Of a stretch of DNA of 64,000 bases, positions 57,998 through 64,000 are shown piece by piece. The notes beneath the pieces are model-generated. The model was not told the origin of the DNA. It saw only the letters and a program-made list of their open reading frames with translations, and ran no database searches. Positions within the stretch are counted from its first letter, which is position 1. Each line of letters begins with the position of its first letter. Made by a program: the position numbers and the translations under genes. The stretch is from a virus (Duplodnaviria > Caudoviricetes), in the IMG/VR virus record IMGVR_UViG_3300046615_000451, positions 1 through 64,000 of that record. The stretch is one strand, 5' to 3'.

Positions 57998-60571
57998 GTG
58001 GCTAACCTTCCCTCTGGTCCAGACGGCTTCCTTGCTGGGAAGGACTCCGAATCGCTTAGCCGGATCGCCAGCGAAATCGAGGTGCTAAAGGCGATTCACT
58101 CGGACACGACCGCGACCCTCAAAACGCTGACCAAAATGGCGCGCTCGCTGTCTGTCCCTGCGCCAGCGGCGCCGCCCAATCAGCGCGCCCCAGTTGCCCC
58201 GCCGCGGGCGCCCGTAGCGCCGCGCGAGCCCTCTTCAAGGCTGCCAGGCGTCCCCTCGGCCAGTCGTGGCCGGGATGAGAACGGCCGGTGGAGCCCCAAG
58301 ACGCCAGCCTCAGACGCTGGCCCGTCTCGCAGCAGTGAGGGCGGCCGCGTCTCGGCGGCCATGCACAACGTCGGGGACTCTCTGAAAGGTGCCGGCCACT
58401 CCATAGCGTCCGGCGCCGAAGGCATGGACCCTACTGTCCAGGCCGTCAAAGAAATCAGCGGCATATTCTCCCCGCTGTCGAGCATGCTTAAGCCCATGGG
58501 GCGGCTGTTCGGCCGGGGCAAAACCCCGGAGCAGAAGAATCAGCGCGAAAATGTGACCTGGTACCGCCGTATCTGGAGCGCGGTTAAGAACCCGGCCGGT
58601 GGTAGTGGCGGCGGTATGGGCATGATGATGACGGCCTTGCTGTCGATGCTTGGCATGCTGCTGGCGCCTATCAAGGCATTGGGGCGGCTGTTGGGTATGG
58701 GCTCACTGGGCAAGCTCTTGGGCGGGCTTGCGGGTGGCGGCCGCGCGGGCTTAAAAGGCTCTAAAAGTCGGCTCAATGCGGGGGCGCCGGGCTCAGTAGA
58801 CGCGAAGGGAAAGCCAGGTAGGGCTGGTAGTACCGCCGGCGCTGCGCCGGCCGGCACAAAAGCCGAGGCACAAGCGGCCAAGGCAGCAAAGGCCGGCGGT
58901 AAGGGGCTTTTGGGCAAAGGCGTCGACTTCGGTAAATCCCTGATCGGCAAGGGCGCCGGTCTGCTGGGTAAGTCGGCCAAAGGGTTCATCCGCAAGATTC
59001 CATTCATTGGCACGCTGCTGGGCGGCCTCATGGTCGCCAACGCGGTGCTGGCCGACGAAAACCCGAACGCAACCCCGGACGAGAAGAAGCAAGCCAAGGC
59101 TGACAAGTGGGGAACTGTCGGCGGTGTCGCGGGTGGTGTTGTCGGCGGCGCTATAGGTAGCTTTCTCGGCCCGGTCGGCACTGTCATTGGCGGCGTTGTG
59201 GGCGACTATGTTGGCTCGATGATGGGCGAATGGCTGTCGACCGTTGATTTTGACGCCGTGGCCAAAACCGTCAGCGATACCTTTAGCTCTCTCGCTGATA
59301 GCACTCTCAAAGCGGCCAGCTCGGCGTTCGACTCGGTAAAGAGCTCCTGGAACGGCATGGTGGAGAGCGCCGCCAAAATCTTTACCAGCATGAGCGATTG
59401 GGCCAAAGACACCTGGAAGGCTGCCACAGAGGCAGTCATGGGTATCAAGGACACCGTGGCCGACAAGGTGCAGAGCGCTCAGGACTATGTGGGCGATAAA
59501 GTCACGTCGGTGAAGGATGCCGGCCAGAACCTGCTGGCGAAGGCCACAGGGGGCAGCTACACGGGCGGCTCCAACGCGCGCAAGGATGAGCTGATTAAGG
59601 CGATGGACGCCGGCGGTATCACCGATCCGAAGTCGAAAGCCATGCTCATGGCCAACGTTGACGTTGAGACGGGCGGTTTCAAGAAGAACGAGGAAAACCT
59701 TAACTACAGCGCCAAGCGCCTACAGGAGGTATTCCCCAAGTACTACAGCACCCCCGAGGCGGCGCGCGCGGATGCCAACAACCCCGAGGCCATTGCCAAC
59801 AAGGTCTATGGCGGGCGTATGGGCAACACCGACGCGGGAGACGGGTACAAGTACCGTGGGCGTGGCGATATCCAGCTCACCGGCAAGGCGCAATATGCGG
59901 ACATGGGCAAAAAGCTGGGCGTCGACCTGGTGAATAACCCGGATCTGGCCATGGACCCGAAATATTCGGCGCAGATCGCCGTGCAGCACTGGAAAGGTTC
60001 CGGCGCCGACAGAGCAGCCATGGCTGGCGACCAGGACCGCGCCCGTAAGCTCACCAACGGCGGCACCAATGGCCTGGAGGACGTGAAAAGCAAGTACGAC
60101 GGCTACCTGGCTCAGGCCAAGGCCGGCGACTTGACGCCAACCCGGCGCGCCGATCAGGGCAAGGTGCAAGCCCCCGAGGGCGCCACCGCTGCGCTGGCCA
60201 GTACCATGTCAGCGGTAAAGGGCGCCCCAGCCGTGGGAGTAATGCCGATTGGACCGCGTGGACCACTGGCCCCGGCCATGCCTGGCGCTCAAACGGTGGG
60301 GGTTATGGCGCCGACGGTGCCGAGCGTGGGTATGGCATCCATCAGGCCGATCAATGCCGGCACGATGGCCGCCCCCAGCTACTCCCCGCCGGCGCCGGAC
60401 GCCTCCCTAACCAAGATCGCGCCGACGCCCGCAGTTGAAAAGCCCCTCCTGACGCCAGGCAAGGCCGCGCCCGCCACGAGCGTTCAAGTGTCGGTGCCGC
60501 TCAGCCAGAACCTGGAAGACAGGCAGATTGCCCACGTCGCCAGTGGTGGCATAGGTATGGGGAGCATGTAG
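57998..60571 (+). CDS. Tape-measure/Sit-like virion protein with GH19 lysozyme domain
   Basis: G/A-rich helical body; ETGGF..NEENLNYSA, YRGRGDIQLTG. Confidence 0.8.
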   Translation: MANLPSGPDGFLAGKDSESLSRIASEIEVLKAIHSDTTATLKTLTKMARSLSVPAPAAPPNQRAPVAPPRAPVAPREPSSRLPGVPSASRGRDENGRWSPKTPASDAGPSRSSEGGRVSAAMHNVGDSLKGAGHSIASGAEGMDPTVQAVKEISGIFSPLSSMLKPMGRLFGRGKTPEQKNQRENVTWYRRIWSAVKNPAGGSGGGMGMMMTALLSMLGMLLAPIKALGRLLGMGSLGKLLGGLAGGGRAGLKGSKSRLNAGAPGSVDAKGKPGRAGSTAGAAPAGTKAEAQAAKAAKAGGKGLLGKGVDFGKSLIGKGAGLLGKSAKGFIRKIPFIGTLLGGLMVANAVLADENPNATPDEKKQAKADKWGTVGGVAGGVVGGAIGSFLGPVGTVIGGVVGDYVGSMMGEWLSTVDFDAVAKTVSDTFSSLADSTLKAASSAFDSVKSSWNGMVESAAKIFTSMSDWAKDTWKAATEAVMGIKDTVADKVQSAQDYVGDKVTSVKDAGQNLLAKATGGSYTGGSNARKDELIKAMDAGGITDPKSKAMLMANVDVETGGFKKNEENLNYSAKRLQEVFPKYYSTPEAARADANNPEAIANKVYGGRMGNTDAGDGYKYRGRGDIQLTGKAQYADMGKKLGVDLVNNPDLAMDPKYSAQIAVQHWKGSGADRAAMAGDQDRARKLTNGGTNGLEDVKSKYDGYLAQAKAGDLTPTRRADQGKVQAPEGATAALASTMSAVKGAPAVGVMPIGPRGPLAPAMPGAQTVGVMAPTVPSVGMASIRPINAGTMAAPSYSPPAPDASLTKIAPTPAVEKPLLTPGKAAPATSVQVSVPLSQNLEDRQIAHVASGGIGMGSM

Positions 60572-60585
60572 CCCCGTCAGTTCAC

Positions 60586-60627
60586 TGCAAACCGCCCCGC
60601 AATAGGGCGGTTTTTGTTTGTCATCAT
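60586..60627 (+). promoter_or_regulatory. Putative late promoter of the baseplate unit (TGCAAA-N30-CATCAT) fused to a terminator hairpin
   Basis: Motif spacing; aaaccgccc/gggcggttt stem. Confidence 0.6.
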
Positions 60628-60655
60628 GTAATCAATAAACCGCTACCGGTGCCCT

Positions 60656-60976
60656 ATGGCAGACGACACGCTCAACACGGACCTGCTCTTTCGCATGATT
60701 GCCCATTGGGTGGGTACCCGGCCGAACACCTATTACGGATCGACCTATGGCGCGCCGACCGAGGACTTGCTGCAAAAGCCCCTCAGTTCGCCCATTGCTG
60801 ACGCCTACCTGGCCAAGATGCGCGAAGACATTCCCGTTATCGCTGCGCTGCCGCCGGGCACGATCAACATGTACACGGACAACGATGGGCTTGACCGAAA
60901 AACCATCTATATCGATATCAACGGCTCCTACGTGAGTCTGGCGGACCTGGGGGACGTGCAACGTGGCAGTTACTAA
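60656..60976 (+). CDS. Baseplate wedge initiator-like protein (gp25/GPW-like, P1 PmgA position)
   Basis: WVGTRPNTYYGSTYG; synteny. Confidence 0.55.
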   Translation: MADDTLNTDLLFRMIAHWVGTRPNTYYGSTYGAPTEDLLQKPLSSPIADAYLAKMREDIPVIAALPPGTINMYTDNDGLDRKTIYIDINGSYVSLADLGDVQRGSY

Positions 60977-62357
60977 AGACGATTTCATTCAAAGCGCGGT
61001 TAATGAAATCGCCAGCTACCCCACTATCGCCATGCGGTACCAGATTGGCGACCCGCTGATTATCCAGGGGCTCGCCTCGATGGGGGGCATGCTGGCGGAC
61101 GTGAGCAATCAGGTGGAAGTGACCGCCGGCGAACCCTTCACAAAGGCCCGCGACGTGACGGTACGCAGTGATGCAGCCGTTAAGGGTATCTTGCCCTTCG
61201 CTACGCCAGCCATTGCCGCCATCAAGGTCACGAACGGCGCCCTGGTGCCGGTCCAGGTGCTGGCGGGGCGAGTGCTCCAAGATGCGGCTGGGCGCTATTG
61301 GCTGGTCACGTCGGGGGTGAACCTGGCCGCCGGCGCAATCGGCTACCTGACGGCCAAGCAAGTCAGCTCGCGAGCATTCACGCACCAGGTGGCGACCTAC
61401 GCCCCGTTCTACTCGATCCCCCTCAGTCAGCCCGAAGTTGGGTTTATCGCCAACGTGCTGGTGGACACTTTCGAGTACTCCACAAACTTCGCCAACATCC
61501 TGGACGGCGAACGGGTTTACAACATCAAGTCCAACGAAGTCAGTGAGCTGTTCCTGCAATTCGGTATCGCTGGGCTTTCCGGGTTTCAGCCGGCCGTGGG
61601 CGCGCAGATCAAAATCGCCGTGCAAGATACAGAGGGGGCTGTGACGCTCTCCACCGGTATGAAGTTCTATTTTGAGTACACCGGTGGCGCCAGTGATGCG
61701 TTGTTGGCCATGGAGCTGTCAGAGGTCAGCCAGGCCGGCGCCAACCCGATGGACATCACGACCATGCGCGAGGTGTGTTCCTACCCCGGCATATACGACG
61801 ACAGCGCCGTATTCGGCTCCAACTTCGATTTTGTGGTGCGCAAGGCCATCAGCCCGGTAACGTTCCTCAGTATCTGGAACGAAGCCAAGGAAGAAACGGT
61901 GCGCGGTGCCAGCCTGGACAATATCAACACCCTGTTCATCGCCGTTCGTAAGGCCGGATCAACCGACACGGTGCTGCGCGCGCAGATCGACACGGTAATC
62001 AAGCGCGCCGACGACAGCTACAAGCGCAAGTACGTGCCGGTGATCGATGTCGTGGTGCCCATGGTGATCACCCTCACCATTCCATCGGTCTATGACTCGG
62101 GCGCCGTTACCCAACAAGTCAGCACCATCCTGCTCGACCACTACGGCCCCGAATCGGCTTGGGCCAAACGGGGCGAGGCGCAGATTCTGGAAAAAGACGT
62201 ATACGCGCTGATGGTCGATAACAACGTGACTGCACTCTCTGCGCGCCTGGGTAACATGACGGTAGACAGCATTGGTGATGACGCTGAGGTGTTACCCGAG
62301 CAATACCGGTACATCACGCCAGAAAGCTTAATCATCAACATTCAGGAGGCGGGCTGA
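60963..62357 (+). CDS. Baseplate structural protein (P1 BplA/baseplate J-like)
   Basis: Size, beta-rich composition, synteny. Confidence 0.65.
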   Translation: MAVTKDDFIQSAVNEIASYPTIAMRYQIGDPLIIQGLASMGGMLADVSNQVEVTAGEPFTKARDVTVRSDAAVKGILPFATPAIAAIKVTNGALVPVQVLAGRVLQDAAGRYWLVTSGVNLAAGAIGYLTAKQVSSRAFTHQVATYAPFYSIPLSQPEVGFIANVLVDTFEYSTNFANILDGERVYNIKSNEVSELFLQFGIAGLSGFQPAVGAQIKIAVQDTEGAVTLSTGMKFYFEYTGGASDALLAMELSEVSQAGANPMDITTMREVCSYPGIYDDSAVFGSNFDFVVRKAISPVTFLSIWNEAKEETVRGASLDNINTLFIAVRKAGSTDTVLRAQIDTVIKRADDSYKRKYVPVIDVVVPMVITLTIPSVYDSGAVTQQVSTILLDHYGPESAWAKRGEAQILEKDVYALMVDNNVTALSARLGNMTVDSIGDDAEVLPEQYRYITPESLIINIQEAG

Positions 62358-62358
62358 T

Positions 62359-63075
62359 ATGGAGCTTCTGCCGCTTGTTCGCAGTGCTGAGTTCGACGAG
62401 GTTGAAAGCGAATTCAAAGCGCTGTTCCTCAGCCTGTACAAGCAACACGTAGACGATCAGGTCACCGAGGTGGCGCTGTACGGCATGCCCCATATCGGCC
62501 CTGACTCTTTGGTTGAGCGAAGCCTTACCGTGGATGGCCTGGCCGTCTTGCGCACCACCACCATGGAGCAGATCCGCCACTTGTTCCACGCCTGGCGTTA
62601 TCGCAACCCTCAGCGCGGCACGACGTTTCTGGCGACCTATCTCAAGACCTTGTTTGGCCCGGTGTTCACCATTAATCAGCTCTGGTGCAAGAAGGCCGGC
62701 GAATACCCGGTCGACGTAATGACGGCGGCTGAAATGACGCTGGCCGGCGAGCAGGAGGCTGATTACTTCCTAACCAGTCGACTGCGTGTGGACATAGAGA
62801 CTGAGATTATTCCATCGCGCATCCTGGCTGCGGCCCGTACCGCCGTGGCCGCCAGATTCGTGCTGGAACTGCGCGCGGTACGTCGCACCCTATCCACTTA
62901 TCGGGTGGGAATGATCGCCAACTCAGTGCTGGTGTGTCGCACTCAAGGTGCTTCGCTATACCAGCAGCCTGAAATCCAGGCGGGCGAGACTTCTAGGTTG
63001 GCTACGATCATGGGCGGATCGAACTTTGTGTACAGCGTGGGAGGCGGCGCAGACACGCAAAGTCACCTAAATTAG
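62359..63075 (+). CDS. Baseplate/tail protein (P1 gp16-like)
   Basis: Between the BplA-like gene and the tail fibre. Confidence 0.5.
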   Translation: MELLPLVRSAEFDEVESEFKALFLSLYKQHVDDQVTEVALYGMPHIGPDSLVERSLTVDGLAVLRTTTMEQIRHLFHAWRYRNPQRGTTFLATYLKTLFGPVFTINQLWCKKAGEYPVDVMTAAEMTLAGEQEADYFLTSRLRVDIETEIIPSRILAAARTAVAARFVLELRAVRRTLSTYRVGMIANSVLVCRTQGASLYQQPEIQAGETSRLATIMGGSNFVYSVGGGADTQSHLN

Positions 63076-63097
63076 GGCGTTTTTTGGTCAGTAGACT
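63056..63097 (+). promoter_or_regulatory. Putative late promoter of the tail fibre (CGCAAA-N30-TAGACT)
   Basis: Motif spacing. Confidence 0.55.
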
Positions 63098-63123
63098 TTG
63101 CCATAAACCAACTTGGGGGCTTT

Positions 63124-64000
63124 ATGGCGAATCCTGTAATCATCAACCCGACACTGACGCTGGCGGGGCAAATTGCCGCGTTTAACGCCAGTGGTACAGG
63201 GCTTGAGCTGAACATCACGCACGTTTCCTTCGGGACCGATCACTATGATCCAACTGGCGATGAGATCGCGCTTCGCGCCCCGGTCGGGATCAAGATTCCG
63301 GTAGCGGGGGCCAGTCGTCCGACTCCTACTCAAATCCGCATGGTCAGTGTCTGGCACGACGACGTTGGCGAGGTGCCCGTTGGTGAAATTGGGTTTTGGG
63401 CAGACGACACGCTGGTATTCGTTTGGTCAAAAGCTGACGGCACAATCGCGTCGTACAAGACTAATGGCGTTGCCTACGTCCTTTTCAATGACCTGACCTT
63501 TTCCTCTGCCCCCCCCAACAGCATCAATTTTACCGTAGATCCTAACGAAAGCGTGGCGCTGGCGGCGTTGGCTGCGCACGAGGGCGCATCAAACGCTCAC
63601 CCGCAATATGTACTACGCGCCAAGTTCCCCGACTACCAGGGCCACTTGTGGGGTGACGTGGGCGGCACGGCCAACGCCATAACACTAACCTTGCCGGCCA
63701 TTGTTGAGCTGACGGGCTATATCAAGGGAAATCGTTTCACGTTCAAAGCGACCTCGACGAATACCGGCGACACTACGATCAACGTTGCAAACGTAGGGCC
63801 GGTGCAAGTGCTCAAAACCGGCGGTTTGGCGTTGTCGGCAGGCAGTATCGTCGCGGGTGGCGTGTATGACGTGTATTACGACGGTGCAAAGTTTCAGCTC
63901 ACTGCGGGCGCGGGCTTTGCAAGTGCCGAGGCGACAACTGCCGAAGTAACCGGAACTACGGCCATCAATAGCACTAGCTGGGTATCTGTTCGGCGCCTGC
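63124..64000 (+). CDS. Tail fibre protein, 3'-truncated by the window
   Basis: MANPVIINPTLTLAGQ...ITHVSFG...GEIGFW collar-fibre N-terminus; open frame to the window end. Confidence 0.8.
   Translation, partial: MANPVIINPTLTLAGQIAAFNASGTGLELNITHVSFGTDHYDPTGDEIALRAPVGIKIPVAGASRPTPTQIRMVSVWHDDVGEVPVGEIGFWADDTLVFVWSKADGTIASYKTNGVAYVLFNDLTFSSAPPNSINFTVDPNESVALAALAAHEGASNAHPQYVLRAKFPDYQGHLWGDVGGTANAITLTLPAIVELTGYIKGNRFTFKATSTNTGDTTINVANVGPVQVLKTGGLALSAGSIVAGGVYDVYYDGAKFQLTAGAGFASAEATTAEVTGTTAINSTSWVSVRRL

Larger units (their letters stand above)
1..64000. mobile_element. Large temperate myophage with P1-like structural genes (prophage, phage-plasmid or circular form), extending beyond both window ends
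   Basis: Capsid, sheath, portal, protease, terminase, baseplate, tail fibre, lysis and replication genes throughout; no chromosomal housekeeping context. Confidence 0.9.

Noticed and set aside
1-64000. CRISPR array, rRNA, IS element, retron or diversity-generating retroelement
   Set aside because: No regularly spaced repeats, transposase or reverse-transcriptase motifs seen

Overview
The whole window is a ~64 kb slice of a large temperate myophage with P1 (Punavirus)-like morphogenesis genes. The host is probably Pseudomonas, judging from the Pseudomonas-type SSB, RdgC and YejK and the high GC content. Gene order: 5'-truncated DarB-like protein ending in an adenine methyltransferase; capsid, sheath, tube and tail assembly genes; lysis cassette; a convergent P4-type tyrosine integrase with phage genes on both sides; a leftward rdgC/ssb unit; replication initiator with internal iterons, Ref-like nuclease and dUTPase; ~20 kb of small accessory ORFs including a RelE/HigA-type toxin-antitoxin moron; resolvase-like nuclease; XRE regulator; a ~550 bp hairpin-dense non-coding region; terS; an inserted block ending in an ATPase-dead copy of the TerL N-terminal domain; terL; yejK, LytTR and Cro-like genes; portal, prohead protease, tape-measure/Sit-like protein with a GH19 domain, baseplate and tail fibre start. 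No CRISPR array, rRNA or canonical tRNA was seen. Strongest observations: (1) the catalytically dead TerL ATPase paralogue beside terL; (2) a fixed-spacing late-promoter motif YGCAAA-N30-NANNNT found nine times, in front of the structural units, terL and a nuclease; (3) the candidate structured RNA upstream of terS; (4) a recurrent MLD[S/A] putative maturation motif that predicts a released 64-aa ultra-basic core peptide; (5) a stand-alone LigA domain-Ia-like protein. All family assignments come from motif recognition by eye, not database searches.
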